Shown here: positions 30,773-41,205 of the stretch, piece by piece | How the letters are laid out: the number at the start of each line of letters is the position of its first letter | How positions within the stretch are numbered: position 1 is the stretch's first letter | Source: Actinomycetota bacterium | Lineage (GTDB): Bacteria > Actinomycetota > UBA4738 > HRBIN12 | Length of the DNA stretch: 64,000 bases | Direction: 5' to 3' | NCBI GenBank assembly: GCA_026003015.1 | Contig: BPGL01000001.1 | Location: 1,006,717-1,070,716, forward strand | Notes under the pieces: model-generated | What the model was told of the DNA's origin: nothing | Seen by the model: only the letters and a program-made list of their open reading frames with translations | The model's database searches: none | Translations under genes and position numbers: made by a program

Positions 30773-31776
30773 GCGTCCAACCTTAGGTTCGGGTCCACGC
30801 CGATGTCCAACGGGGACCGTTCCCCGCGAAGCCATCTGGCGGCCCCGACGCAGGCGATCATGGCGGCGTTGTCGGTACACAGCGCGATCGGCGGGACGAG
30901 CACCTGCAGGCCCGCTCGGGCCCCCTCCTGGACCATCCGCTCCCGCAGGCGGGAGTTGGCGACCACGCCGCCGCCGAGCAGCACCGTCGGCGCCCCGACC
31001 GCCGACGCCGCGGCGAGCGTCTTTCGCACCTGGACGTCGACGATCGCCTCCTGGAAGCTCGCGGCCACGTCGGGCAGGTGGGGTTCGCGCCCGGCCGCGC
31101 GCTCCTGCCGCAGGTAGCGGAGCACCGCCGTCTTCAGGCCGCTCATCGAGAAGTCCAGGTCGCCGGAGGAAGCCATCGCCCTGGGGAAGTCGATCGCGTG
31201 AGGATCGCCCTCGGCGGCGAGCCGATCGATCGCCGGCCCTCCGGGGAACCCCAGTCCGAGCAGACGAGCGACCTTGTCGAAGGCCTCCCCCGCGGCGTCG
31301 TCGACCGTCTGGCCGAGCACCTCGTAGGTGCGCTCGTCGCGCATGTGCACGAGCATCGTGTGCCCGCCGGACACGACGAGCGCGACGTAGGGCGGGGACG
31401 GCGGGCCGTGATCGAGGAAGTTCGCCCAGATGTGACCCTCCAGATGGTTCACGCCGATCAGGTCGACCCCCCGCGCGAGGGCGAGCGACTTGGCGGCCGC
31501 CACGCCGACGAGCAGGGCCCCCACGAGTCCCGGCCCGACGGTGACGGCGACCGCGTCGACGTCGCCGAGGTCGATGCCCGCCTCCTCGAGCGCCCGCTCC
31601 AGCAGCGGATTGATGGCCTCCACGTGCGCGCGTGCCGCCACCTCCGGCACGACCCCGCCGAAGCGCTCGTGGAGGTGATCCTGGCGCGCGATCAGGTTGG
31701 CCCGCAGCGAGAACGCGTCCTCCACGACCGCCACGGCGGTCTCGTCGCACGACGTCTCGATCCCAAGGACGATCAC
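30769..31776 (-). CDS. tsaD: tRNA N6-adenosine threonylcarbamoyltransferase
   Basis: It has the Kae1/TsaD N-terminus VLGIETSCDETAVAV and HLEGH motifs. The GTGA overlaps rimI. Confidence 0.9.
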   Translation of the reverse strand: MIVLGIETSCDETAVAVVEDAFSLRANLIARQDHLHERFGGVVPEVAARAHVEAINPLLERALEEAGIDLGDVDAVAVTVGPGLVGALLVGVAAAKSLALARGVDLIGVNHLEGHIWANFLDHGPPSPPYVALVVSGGHTMLVHMRDERTYEVLGQTVDDAAGEAFDKVARLLGLGFPGGPAIDRLAAEGDPHAIDFPRAMASSGDLDFSMSGLKTAVLRYLRQERAAGREPHLPDVAASFQEAIVDVQVRKTLAAASAVGAPTVLLGGGVVANSRLRERMVQEGARAGLQVLVPPIALCTDNAAMIACVGAARWLRGERSPLDIGVDPNLRLDA

Positions 31777-32312
31777 GCCGGACGCACGCCCTCCGGGAGC
31801 TGGGCCGCGATCCGATCGAGCCGCCGAGCGTAGGCCTCGGAACGGATGTCGTCGGCCCACATGATCAGCGCGTCCTCGTGGAGCTCGGCGTAGTAGTTCC
31901 GACGGATACCGACCGGGCGGAACCCGAACCGCGCGTACAGGCGCTGGGCCCGCCAGTTCGTCACGCGCACCTCGAGCGAGACGGCCCGCGCCCCCATGCG
32001 CACCGCGGCTCGCATCTCCTCGACGAGCAGGCGCGTCGCGATCCGGTGGCCCTGAAGCATCGGCTCCACCGCGACGTTGGTGATGTGGGCCTCCTCGCCG
32101 TAGCAGATCATGCCCGCGTAGCCGACCACGTCGCGATCGATCTTGGCGACGAGGTAGGAGCGCGTCTCCGGCTCCGAGAGCTCGGCGGCGAACAGGTTCG
32201 GGCTCCACGGGCGCGCGTACGCCCGTCGCTCGATCGCCATGACGCCACGCAGGTGGCGACGGCGCATCCGGGTGATCTCAAGCTGCGGGGCCCCCGCGCT
32301 CGCTCGTCCCAC
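31773..32312 (-). CDS. rimI: Ribosomal-protein-alanine N-acetyltransferase (GNAT)
   Basis: The RimI-like N-terminus is IERRAYARPWS. The start is uncertain. The alternatives are GTG 32312 and ATG 32267. Confidence 0.8.
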   Translation of the reverse strand: MGRASAGAPQLEITRMRRRHLRGVMAIERRAYARPWSPNLFAAELSEPETRSYLVAKIDRDVVGYAGMICYGEEAHITNVAVEPMLQGHRIATRLLVEEMRAAVRMGARAVSLEVRVTNWRAQRLYARFGFRPVGIRRNYYAELHEDALIMWADDIRSEAYARRLDRIAAQLPEGVRPA

Positions 32313-32318
32313 GCGATC

Positions 32319-32987
32319 TCAGCATCCGACTTCCTCAGGTACAGGGGTACGACGTCGAACAGGTGATCGTGCTCCTCCCGCAGGATGCGAGGCACCGCCA
32401 GTTCGACGAGGTTCGCCGCCTCCGGATGCGCCGTGGACGGCGACGCGAACTCCGCCTGGGCGCCCAGCTCCTCGAGCACCTCCCGGTACAGCATCGCACC
32501 GTCGCCGACGAGGAGCACCTCCTCGGGCTCGGCCGCGAGCTCGGCGACGAGCGCCTCGGGGCGCGCGACGGCGTAGGGGGGTGTCCCGCATCACCCCGCC
32601 GGGGACCGGCCGGTAGCGCGCCCAGAAGACCTCGCCCCGCCGCCCGTCGATCACGGCCACGATCGCACGCTGGGTGAAGCGCACGGCGTAGGCGAGCACG
32701 TCGAGGCTGACGAGCCCGACGATCGGGACGCGCAGGACCTGGGCGAGCGTCCGTGCGGTCGCCACCCCGACGCGTAGCCCGGTGAACAGCCCCGGGCCGA
32801 CCCCGACGGCGATCCCCCCGACCTGCGACAGCGAGATCCCCGACCAGCCGAGGAGCCGCTCGAGCGCGGGCGTCACGACCTCCTGGCGGTGGCGACCCGC
32901 GATCTGGATCCGGCCGCGGATCTCCCGCTCGGTCCCCACGGCGACCGAGACCTGCGGGGTGGCCGTCTCGATCCCGAGGACGATCAC
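32319..32987 (-). pseudogene. tsaB: tRNA threonylcarbamoyladenosine biosynthesis protein TsaB, frame-disrupted
   Basis: The N-terminal two thirds sit in one frame (VIVLGIETAT...WARYRPVPGG). The C-terminal third (EVLLVGDGAMLYREV...PLYLRKSDAEIAWDE) is in the +1 frame (ORF 32108..32518). The switch is at a C6 homopolymer (G6 on the plus strand, 32576-32581). Confidence 0.7.
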
Positions 32988-33487
32988 GACCGCGACTCCC
33001 GCCATCGATCGAGCGCCGACGCCAGGGCATCCCAGCGGTCTCGCCACCCAGAGCCCTCCGGCGTCACCACGATCCGCCGCGCGTCGTCCGCGCCCGAGGG
33101 GTCCGCCGCGACGAGCTCGACCCGGAGACGGTCGGTCGCGAGGAGCTCGGCCACGGCGTCCCCCCACTCCACCACGAGGACCGCCTCGCCGTCGGCGATC
33201 TCCTCGAGCGCGAGGTCGACGACGTCCTGGATCCGGTCGAGCCGATAGACGTCGACGTGGGCGACCACCAGGCGCCCGGTGTACTCGCGCACGAGGGTGA
33301 AGGTCGGCGAGGTCACGACCTCAGGGGCCCCGAGCCCGCGCACGATCCCCTGGACGAGCGTCGTCTTGCCGGCCCCGAGCTCCCCGGTCAGCACGACCAC
33401 GTCGCGCGGCCGCAGCAGATCGGCCAAGGCCGCTCCGATCGCGCGGGTGTCCGCGGGCGTGCGGGCGAGGAGCACGAGCTCGCCCAC
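32984..33487 (-). CDS. tsaE: tRNA threonylcarbamoyladenosine biosynthesis ATPase TsaE
   Basis: It has the Walker A motif LTGELGAGKTTLVQGI. Confidence 0.85.
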   Translation of the reverse strand: MGELVLLARTPADTRAIGAALADLLRPRDVVVLTGELGAGKTTLVQGIVRGLGAPEVVTSPTFTLVREYTGRLVVAHVDVYRLDRIQDVVDLALEEIADGEAVLVVEWGDAVAELLATDRLRVELVAADPSGADDARRIVVTPEGSGWRDRWDALASALDRWRESRS

Positions 33488-33489
33488 CG

Positions 33490-34122
33490 TCAGAAGAGCT
33501 CCAGCTGGGTCGACGACGCGTCGGACGACGGGGTCGGCGCCGCCGCGGGCTCGGGCGGGGCCTCGAGCGTCCGGCGGATCAGGTCGAAGTCCTCCCGGAA
33601 CAGCTCGAACTGGCGCGTCCCCTCGCCGCCGCCGCGGAGCACCGCCGCCGGATGCAGGGTGGGGATCACGGTCCGGCCCTGCCAGCGGAACACCTGCCCC
33701 CTCAGGCGGGAGATCCCCCTGCTCGTGCGCAGGACGAACCGGGTCGCGAAGTTCCCCAGGGTCACGATGAGGCGTGGCTGCACGATCGAGATCTGCTCGA
33801 CGAGCCACGGCGTGCAGGCCTCGATCTCGTCCGGTAGCGGATCCCGGTTGCCCGGCGGGCGGCACTTGATCACGTTGCAGATGTAGACGTCCTCCCGGGC
33901 GAGCCCGATCCGGCCGAGCATGCGGGTGAGGAGCTGACCGGCGGCCCCGACGAAGGGCTCGCCCTGTTGGTCCTCGTGGTAGCCGGGGCCCTCCCCGATG
34001 AACATCAGGTCGGCGTCGGGGGCGCCGACGCCGTAGACGACCTGGGTGCGGCCGGCCGCCAACCGGCAGCGGGTGCAGCCCGCCGCCTCCGCCGCCGCTT
34101 CGGCCAGCGTCCTCGCCGTCAC
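33490..34122 (-). CDS. Uracil-DNA glycosylase, family 4
   Basis: It has the CTRCRL Fe-S ligands and the GEGPG motif. It is collinear with Thermus UDGA. Confidence 0.8.
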   Translation of the reverse strand: MTARTLAEAAAEAAGCTRCRLAAGRTQVVYGVGAPDADLMFIGEGPGYHEDQQGEPFVGAAGQLLTRMLGRIGLAREDVYICNVIKCRPPGNRDPLPDEIEACTPWLVEQISIVQPRLIVTLGNFATRFVLRTSRGISRLRGQVFRWQGRTVIPTLHPAAVLRGGGEGTRQFELFREDFDLIRRTLEAPPEPAAAPTPSSDASSTQLELF

Positions 34123-34264
34123 GCCCGCCACTCCGCCGAGCCGTTGGGTTCCGACCCCCGCACCTCGCCGCCCCGCGATGTTCGTCCGGCCCCCTCGATA
34201 CCGACCCCGCGCGCCCGGGCACCGGTCCGGTTCGGGCGGCGCGAGCCGAGGGTAGCGGCCCGGC

Positions 34265-35817
34265 TCACGGCGCGCCACCGCCGGGCGCCGGTTCCAGGCT
34301 CGCGTCCACGTGGACCCGGGCCACGGCCTCGGGCAACGCCTCGGCGACGTCGCCGGCTACGATCCCCTCCCCGCGCTCGCGCCCGGCGAGCTGCCCGGCG
34401 AGCCCGTGGACGTAGGCGCCTGCCCACGCGGCCTCGAACGGCGACCGCCCGCGCGCGAGGAGGGCTCCGATCACCCCCGTTAGCACGTCGCCGCTGCCGC
34501 CGGTCGCGAGCGCGGACGATCCGGTGGGCGTGATCCGCACCGAGCCCGAGGGCTCCGCGATCGCGGTCCGAGGCCCCTTCAGGAGGACGACCGAGCGCGT
34601 GTGGGCGGCAAGGACCCGCAGGTCGGCGAGTCGGTCGGTGCCCAGCGGACCGAGCCGACGGAACTCCCCCGCGTGCGGGGTGAGCACCGCGTCGGCCGCG
34701 CGCTGGGCCAGGGCCCCGGCGTCCCCGGCGAACGCGTTCAACGCGTCGGCGTCGAGGACGAGGGGCACCGACGCGGCGCGCACGATCTCGCGGACGGCCT
34801 CGGCCGTCGCCGGGTCCCTCGACAGCCCGGGCCCGATCGCGAGGGCATCCGCCTGTGCCGCCGCCTCGAGCACGGCCCCGACCGCGCGAGCGTCGAGGGT
34901 GCCCGTCGGGGTCTCGGGCAGCGGCAGGAAGGTCGGCTCCGGCGCACCGGCCTGGACGGCGACCAGGGCGCTGGCCGGCGTCGCGATGCGCACGAGCCCC
35001 GCCCCCGATCCGCGCGGCCCGCGCGCGCCACCAGACGCGGGGCGCCGGTCATCGCGCGGGAGCCGGCGACGACGAGCAGGACCCCTGTCGAGCGTTTGTG
35101 GGCGTCGACCGGACGCCTCGGCCAGACGGCCGCGACGTCGGCCGGCTCGGTGAGCCACGTTCCGGGGGCCACGGCCCCCTCGGGGAACCCGATGTCGACG
35201 ACCCGCACGACGCCCGCGCGCTCCGCGCCGGGCAGTAGGCAGAGCCCCAGTTTCGCGGCGCCGAAGGTCACCGTGAGCGCCGCCACGACCGCGGGACCCT
35301 CGACCGCCCCGGTCGCTCCGTCGACCCCGGAGGGGAGGTCCACCGCGACGACCGGAGCCGGCGCCTCGTTCAGCGCCGCGATCGCGGCCGCGACCGCCCC
35401 CTCGGGCGCGCCCCGGAACCCCGTGCCCACGATCGCGTCGACCGCGACGTCGGCGCGCTCGAGGTCGCGGGCGAGCGCCGCGGGCTCGGCGGAGCGCACC
35501 CGGACCTCGCTTGGCCGGAGCGCGCCGGCCATCGAACGAGCCGGCTCGCGCAGCTCCTCGGGCGGCGCGAGCGCGTGCACCGTGACCCGAACGCCGCGAC
35601 GAGCGAGGTGCCGAGCCGCGACGTAGCCATCTCCTCCGTTGTTCCCCTTGCCGCACACGACGACGGCGCGCCGACCGTAGGCCCCCCCGAGCAGATCGAG
35701 GGCGGCCCGGGCCACGGCTCGGCCCGCGCGCTCCATCAGCTCGCTGGGTGCGATCCCGGCCTCGGCCGCCGCGCGGTCGAGCGCCGCGGCCTGCTCGGGG
35801 CTCAGCACCGGCCTCAC
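34265..35817 (-). pseudogene. nnr: Bifunctional NAD(P)H-hydrate epimerase/dehydratase (Nnr: YjeF-N + YjeF-C), frame-disrupted
   Basis: The YjeF-N domain (VVVCGKGNNGGDGYVAARHL) is in ORF 34738..35817. The YjeF-C carbohydrate-kinase-like domain is in ORF 34265..35656, a different frame. The junction lies near a C5/G5 run around 35000-35025. Confidence 0.7.
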
Positions 35818-36188
35818 CGGCGCACCGCCACCGCGAACGCCACCGCGTTCGTCCGCTCGTGGGTGAACGTCACGAGCACCTCCGTCACCCCGAGGGCCTG
35901 TGCCCGACGCCTGGCGTTGCCGTCGAGCCGGATCGCCGGCGCGCCGCTCGGAGCCCGGGTGACGCTCACGTCCTGCCAGCGCCGGCCGGGGTAGCCGCCC
36001 AACGCCTTGATCGTCGCCTCGCGCGCAGCGAACCGCCCCGCGTAGGACTCCGCCGGGCGCGCACGGGCGTCGCAGTAGGCGATCTCCTCCGGCGTGAACA
36101 CGCGCTCGCGCATCGTCGGATGACGGGCGAGCGCCCGTTCGATCCGCTCGATCTCGCAGATATCAACCCCGAGGCCGACGATCTCCAC
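35814..36188 (-). CDS. acpS: Holo-[acyl-carrier-protein] synthase
   Basis: The AcpS fold motifs VEIVGLGVDICEIERIER are present. Start at GTG 36188. Confidence 0.85.
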   Translation of the reverse strand: MEIVGLGVDICEIERIERALARHPTMRERVFTPEEIAYCDARARPAESYAGRFAAREATIKALGGYPGRRWQDVSVTRAPSGAPAIRLDGNARRRAQALGVTEVLVTFTHERTNAVAFAVAVRR

Positions 36189-36261
36189 GCGTGTGTAGGC
36201 TACGGTACGAGCCCGGCGGTGGGCGCGCGGACCGGGAGCTCGAGCGCCAGGAGGAAACGAG

Positions 36262-36690
36262 ATGCCCACTGCCCCCGGCCGCGTCCCCCGCGTCGCGTTC
36301 CTGTGCACGCACAACGCCGGCCGCTCCCAGATGGCCGCCGGGTGGGCCCGGCACCTGGCCGCGGGCGGCCTCGAGGTCCTCTCCGCGGGCTCGGAGCCGG
36401 CCGAGGAGCTCAACCCGGTCGCGGTCCGGGCGATGGCGGAGGTCGGGATCGACATCGCCGGGCAGCGCCCGAAGGCCTGGTCGGAGGAAACCCTCCGTGA
36501 CGTGGACGTCATCGTCACCATGGGCTGCGGCGATCGGTGCCCGGTCGTGCCCGGCGCGCGCACGCTCGATTGGGACCTCGAGGATCCCGCCGGGCGGCCC
36601 ATCGAGGACGTCCGCGCGATCCGCGACGAGATCGAGCGGCGGGTGCGCTCCCTCCTCGCGGAGCTCGGCGTGTCGCCTACTCGACCGTGA
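36262..36690 (+). CDS. arsC: Arsenate reductase of the LMW-PTP family. A Wzb-type LMW phosphotyrosine phosphatase is the alternative.
   Basis: It has a CX5R P-loop (CTHNAGRS), a second Cys pair (CGDRCP) and DWDLEDPAG. A strong AGGAGG SD is present. Confidence 0.65.
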   Translation: MPTAPGRVPRVAFLCTHNAGRSQMAAGWARHLAAGGLEVLSAGSEPAEELNPVAVRAMAEVGIDIAGQRPKAWSEETLRDVDVIVTMGCGDRCPVVPGARTLDWDLEDPAGRPIEDVRAIRDEIERRVRSLLAELGVSPTRP

Positions 36691-38506
36691 CGCTCTTGGC
36701 GAGGTTGCGGGGCCGGTCGACGTCTAGCCCCCGGAGCCGCGCGATGTGGTAGGCGAGGAGCTGCAACGGCACCGTGACGACGACGGGGGCGAGGAGCTCG
36801 GGGGTTTCCGGGACCTCCAGGACGTGATCGGCCAGGGCCGCGGCCTCGACATCCCCCTCGGTGACGACCGCGATCACCTCCGCGCCGCGCGCCTTCACCT
36901 CCTGGATGTTCGACAGCATCTTCGGGTAGACGTGGCAGCGCGTGGCGACCGCCACGACCGGCACGCCGTCCTCGACGAGGGCGATCGGCCCGTGCTTGAG
37001 CTCCCCCGCCGGATAGCCCTCGGCGTGCAGGTAGCTGAGCTCCTTCAGCTTCAGGGCTCCCTCCAGGGCGGCCGGGTACCCGGTGTGGCGACCGATGAAC
37101 AGGACGTCGCGCGCGTCGCGGTAGCGCTCGGCGATCGCCCGGACCCGATCGTCGAGCCCGATCGCCCGTTGCACCTTCGCCGGCAGCGCGGCGAGCTCCG
37201 CGAGCACGTCGGCGATCTCCTCGGGGAACTTCGTCCCCCGCGCCTGGGCCAGGTAGAGAGCGACGAGGTGCTGGGAGACCATCTGGGTCGCGAAGGTCTT
37301 CGTCGCGGCGACCCCGATCTCGGGGCCCGCGTGCGTGTACAAGACGGCGTCGGCCTCGCGCGCGAGCGAGGAACCGACCGTGTTCGTCACCGCGACCAGG
37401 TGGGAGCCTTGCCGACGGGCGTGCCGAGCGGCCTCGAGCGTGTCGATCGTCTCCCCCGACTGGGAGACGGCCAGGGTGAGCGTGTCGGGGCCGAGCACGG
37501 GGTCGCGGTAGCGGAACTCGCTCGCGATCTCGATCTCCACCGGCAGCCGGGTCCAGTGCTCGATCGCGTACTTGGCGACGAGCCCGGAGTGGAAGGCGGT
37601 CCCGCAGGCGACGACGAAGACCTTCGTGACCTCGCGGAGCGCGTCGTCGCTCACCCGCAGCTCGTCCAGAACGATCCGTCCGTCGACGACCCGGCCGACG
37701 AGGGTGTCGCGGATCGCCGCCGGCTGCTCGTCGATCTCCTTGCGCATGAACGAGTCGTAGCCGCCCTTCTGAGCCCGGGCCACGTCCCAGTCGATCCGGA
37801 TCGGGCGAGGCCGCGCACGGCGTCCCTCCAGGTCGGTGACCGACGCGCCCGCGGCGGTCGCAACCACGACCTGCCCCTCGGCGAGCGGGATCGCGCGCTC
37901 GGTGCGACCGAGCACCGCCGGCACGTCGCTCGCCAGGATCGTTTCGCCGTCCCCGAGCCCGACGACGAGCGGCGAGGCGACCTTGACGCCGACCAGCAGG
38001 TCCGGCTCGTCGGCCGAACACACGACGAGCGCGTAGGCTCCCTCGAGGTCCCGCACCGTGCGCCGAACCGCGTCGGCGAGCCCGAGCCCGTCTGCGCGCA
38101 GACGCTCCTCGATCAGATGGGCGACGACCTCGGTGTCGGTCTCGCTCGCGAGCTCGTGCCCCTCCTTGGCGAGCCGAGCCCGAAGCCCCTGGAAGTTCTC
38201 GATGATCCCGTTGTGGATCACGGCCAGCCGGCCGGTGCAGTCCACGTGGGGATGGGCGTTTCGGTCGGTCGGAGCTCCGTGGGTCGCCCACCGCGTGTGG
38301 CCGACACCGAGGCGACCACCGAGGGCGCTCGGCTCGAGCACCGCTTCGAGGTCCGCGAGACGCCCGGCCCGCTTCGCGACCGTGAGCCCACCGTCCACGA
38401 TCGCAACGCCGGCCGAGTCGTAGCCGCGGTACTCGAGGCGCCGGAGCCCCTCGAGGACGATCGGGAGGGCCTGATCGCGGCCCACGTAGCCGACGATGCC
38501 GCACAC
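36677..38506 (-). CDS. glmS: Glutamine--fructose-6-phosphate aminotransferase
   Basis: It has an N-terminal MCGIVGY Ntn-amidotransferase domain plus two SIS domains, 609 aa. Confidence 0.95.
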   Translation of the reverse strand: MCGIVGYVGRDQALPIVLEGLRRLEYRGYDSAGVAIVDGGLTVAKRAGRLADLEAVLEPSALGGRLGVGHTRWATHGAPTDRNAHPHVDCTGRLAVIHNGIIENFQGLRARLAKEGHELASETDTEVVAHLIEERLRADGLGLADAVRRTVRDLEGAYALVVCSADEPDLLVGVKVASPLVVGLGDGETILASDVPAVLGRTERAIPLAEGQVVVATAAGASVTDLEGRRARPRPIRIDWDVARAQKGGYDSFMRKEIDEQPAAIRDTLVGRVVDGRIVLDELRVSDDALREVTKVFVVACGTAFHSGLVAKYAIEHWTRLPVEIEIASEFRYRDPVLGPDTLTLAVSQSGETIDTLEAARHARRQGSHLVAVTNTVGSSLAREADAVLYTHAGPEIGVAATKTFATQMVSQHLVALYLAQARGTKFPEEIADVLAELAALPAKVQRAIGLDDRVRAIAERYRDARDVLFIGRHTGYPAALEGALKLKELSYLHAEGYPAGELKHGPIALVEDGVPVVAVATRCHVYPKMLSNIQEVKARGAEVIAVVTEGDVEAAALADHVLEVPETPELLAPVVVTVPLQLLAYHIARLRGLDVDRPRNLAKSVTVE

Positions 38507-38546
38507 GGGTCCCGTTGAGCCTACAGCAGCGGTCCCCTCGGCCGAG

Positions 38547-39872
38547 CTACGTCGCCGCTTCGGCGAGGACCGCCGCGATCGCCTCGGCGTGGCGCCGGGC
38601 CTCGGTCTGCGTCTCGGCCTCGACCATCACGCGGACGAGGGGCTCGGTCCCGCTCGCACGAACGAGCACCCGTCCCCGACCGCCGAGCGCGGCCTCGGCC
38701 TCGGCGACGGCCGCCCTGACCGGCTCGGCCACGATCGCCGCCGCCCGGTCCGCCACGGGAACGTTGAGGAGCACCTGGGGGAACCGCTGCATCGCCGCGG
38801 CCAGCTCGGCGACGGCCACGCCCCGCACCGTGGCCAGGGAGAGGAACCGGACCGCCGTGAGCAGCCCGTCGCCGGTCGTGGCGTAGGGCCGGAAGATCAC
38901 GTGTCCGCTCTGCTCTCCCCCCAGGGCGGCTCCCCGCCGCTCCATCTCCTCCAGGACGTAGCGGTCCCCGACCTTCGTGCGAACGAGCTCGATCCCGGCG
39001 TCGGCCATCGCGCGGACCAGCCCGAGGTTCGACATGACGGTGGCGACCACGACGTCCCCCGACAGCTCCCCGGCCTCGCGCATCGCGATCGCGCACGCCG
39101 CCAGCACCTGATCCCCGTCGATCACGCGCCCCTCGGCATCGGCGAACAGCGCTCGGTCGGCGTCGCCGTCGAGGCTCACGCCGGCGTCGGCACCGAGCCG
39201 CACGACGGCGTCGGCGACGACCTCCGGATGCAGCGCGCCGCACCCGACGTTGATGTTGGTGCCGTCGGGCGTGGCGTGGATCGGGTGGACCTCGGCGCCG
39301 AGGCGTCGCAGCACCGCCGGAGCGACGTCCGACGCCGCTCCGTTCGCGCAGTCCACGACGATCCTCAGGCCGTCGAGGCGAGCGAGGGCGGCGTCGACGA
39401 GGTGGTCGATGTAGCGCTCCCGGGCCTCGGGCGCCTCGCGGGCCTTGCCCGGGACGACCGTCGGACCGGGCTCGGTCCCGAGGGCCGCCTCGATCTCGTC
39501 CTCGAGCGCGTCGGGAAGCTTCCGGCCGTCGCCCGCGAAGAACTTGATCCCGTTGTCCTCGGGGGGATTGTGGGATGCGGAGATCACCACGCCGGCCGTG
39601 GCGCCGAGCTCCAGGGTGCAGAACGCGATCGCGGGGGTCGGCTCGACCCCGACGAGGAGCGCATCGCCGCCCGCCTCCACGATCCCGGACACGAGCGCGC
39701 GCTCCAGCCACACGCCGGAGGACCGGGGGTCGCGGCCGACGACGAACCGGGGCCGTGGATGCTCACGGCCCAGCACCCGGCAGGCGGCCCGCCCGAGAGC
39801 TGCGGCGAGCTCGCCCGTAAGCTCGGTGCCGGCGACGCCGCGCACCCCGTCGGTCCCGAACAGGCGTCCCAT
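38547..39872 (-). CDS. glmM: Phosphoglucosamine mutase
   Basis: It begins MGRLFGTDGVRGVAG and has the active-site region SASHNPPEDNGIKF. Confidence 0.9.
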   Translation of the reverse strand: MGRLFGTDGVRGVAGTELTGELAAALGRAACRVLGREHPRPRFVVGRDPRSSGVWLERALVSGIVEAGGDALLVGVEPTPAIAFCTLELGATAGVVISASHNPPEDNGIKFFAGDGRKLPDALEDEIEAALGTEPGPTVVPGKAREAPEARERYIDHLVDAALARLDGLRIVVDCANGAASDVAPAVLRRLGAEVHPIHATPDGTNINVGCGALHPEVVADAVVRLGADAGVSLDGDADRALFADAEGRVIDGDQVLAACAIAMREAGELSGDVVVATVMSNLGLVRAMADAGIELVRTKVGDRYVLEEMERRGAALGGEQSGHVIFRPYATTGDGLLTAVRFLSLATVRGVAVAELAAAMQRFPQVLLNVPVADRAAAIVAEPVRAAVAEAEAALGGRGRVLVRASGTEPLVRVMVEAETQTEARRHAEAIAAVLAEAAT

Positions 39873-39918
39873 CGGTCCGGCACGATACCGCCCTCCCTGC
39901 TCCGCCCGGCGTGGCACG

Positions 39919-40218
39919 ATGGTCCCGATGGGTGAACTCGTGCGGGTCTGGGCGACGGCGGACCCCGTCGAGGGCGAGCTCATGCGAGCTCGTCTGGAGG
40001 CCGAGGGCGTCCAGGTCCTGCTCAAGGGCGAGGGCGGTGGCCCCTACCGCACCGGCCCCGTGTACCTGTTCGTCCCCGCCGAGGAGGAGGTGCGTGCCCG
40101 GGCCGTCCTCGACGCGGTCGCCTCGGGGGCGTTCGCGCTCGACCTCGACGACGAGGATGGACGGCCGGGCGCCCCGGGCGCCGATCCGGAGGAGGACGCC
40201 TACCGCTTCGAGTACTGA
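39919..40218 (+). CDS. Small DUF2007-like protein (putative signal-transducing)
   Basis: It is a 99-aa ORF with an ATG start. [25 protein letters not shown] resembles the DUF2007 N-terminus. It convergently overlaps the rpsI end. Confidence 0.4.
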   Translation: MVPMGELVRVWATADPVEGELMRARLEAEGVQVLLKGEGGGPYRTGPVYLFVPAEEEVRARAVLDAVASGAFALDLDDEDGRPGAPGADPEEDAYRFEY

Positions 40219-40595
40219 GGAGCCTTGCGGGCCTTCTTCAGGCCGTACTTGCGCCGCTCCTTCTCGCGGGGGTCCCGGGTGAGCAGCCCTTCGCTCTTGA
40301 GCATCGGCCGCAGCTCCGGGTCGACCTCGACGAGAGCGCGCGCGAGCCCGAGGCGTACCGCGCCGGCCTGGCCGGCCACGCCGCCGCCGCGGATCGACGC
40401 GATCACGTCGTAGTCGCGCTCGCGACCCACGACCCGCAGGGGCGCCGAGGCGACCATCCGGTGCACCCGGGTCGGGAAGTACTCCTCCAGAGAGCGACCG
40501 TTGACGATGAAGCTGCCGCCGCCGGGAACGATCCGGACGCGCGCGACGGCCTCCTTGCGGCGTCCCGTCGTGAGCTTGCTCGCCGGCGCGCTCAT
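40200..40595 (-). CDS. rpsI: 30S ribosomal protein S9
   Basis: It ends ...RKAPQYSKR. Start at [13 protein letters not shown]. Confidence 0.9.
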   Translation of the reverse strand: MSAPASKLTTGRRKEAVARVRIVPGGGSFIVNGRSLEEYFPTRVHRMVASAPLRVVGRERDYDVIASIRGGGVAGQAGAVRLGLARALVEVDPELRPMLKSEGLLTRDPREKERRKYGLKKARKAPQYSKR

Positions 40596-40599
40596 CCGA

Positions 40600-41088
40600 T
40601 CATGCCTCGGTCGTCGGGCGCACCGCACGGCCGGGGAGCCCCTCCCAGGTTGGCCGCTCGCCCGGACCGAGGGGCACCGGCCGCTGCGCCGTGTGCGGGT
40701 GATCAGGGCCGGCGACCACGTGGAGCTTGCGGAACATCGCGCGGCCCAGGCGGTTCTTCGGCAGCATCCCCCGGACGGCCTTCTCCACGGCCGCGACCGG
40801 GCGCTCGGCCAGCAGCCGGTCGTAGCGGACGGCCTTGAGGCCCCCGGGGTAGCCCGAGTGCCGGTAGGCCACCTTCTGCTGCGGCTTGCGCCCGGTGAGC
40901 TCGACCTTGTCGGCGTTGATGATCACGACGTGGTCGCCGGTGTCCATGTGGGGGGCGAAGATCGGCTTGTGCTTGCCCCGCAGCAGCATCGCGGCCTGCG
41001 ACGCGAGCCGTCCCAGCACCTGGCCGCTGGCGTCCAGCACGTACCAGCGACGCTCGATCTCAGCAGGCTTCGGCGAGTAGGTCTTCAT
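40600..41088 (-). CDS. rplM: 50S ribosomal protein L13
   Basis: It begins [20 protein letters not shown]. Confidence 0.9.
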   Translation of the reverse strand: MKTYSPKPAEIERRWYVLDASGQVLGRLASQAAMLLRGKHKPIFAPHMDTGDHVVIINADKVELTGRKPQQKVAYRHSGYPGGLKAVRYDRLLAERPVAAVEKAVRGMLPKNRLGRAMFRKLHVVAGPDHPHTAQRPVPLGPGERPTWEGLPGRAVRPTTEA

Positions 41089-41205
41089 CCGGAAGGGGTG
41101 CCGACCCGGTCGGGCGGGCCGGCGACCGATGCTACCTGCGGGAACGCCGCTCCGTCAAAGGCTCCGGCGGCGGCCGGTCGGTCGGTTCCGCGCAGGCGGG
41201 CCGGG

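Noticed and set aside
36262-36690. Reading the LMW-PTP-fold gene as Wzb, the cognate phosphatase of the Wzc kinase
   Set aside because: This cannot be decided from sequence. The DWDLEDPAG region and the second Cys pair favour ArsC, and arsR-arsM are nearby. I kept it as arsC, with the alternative noted.
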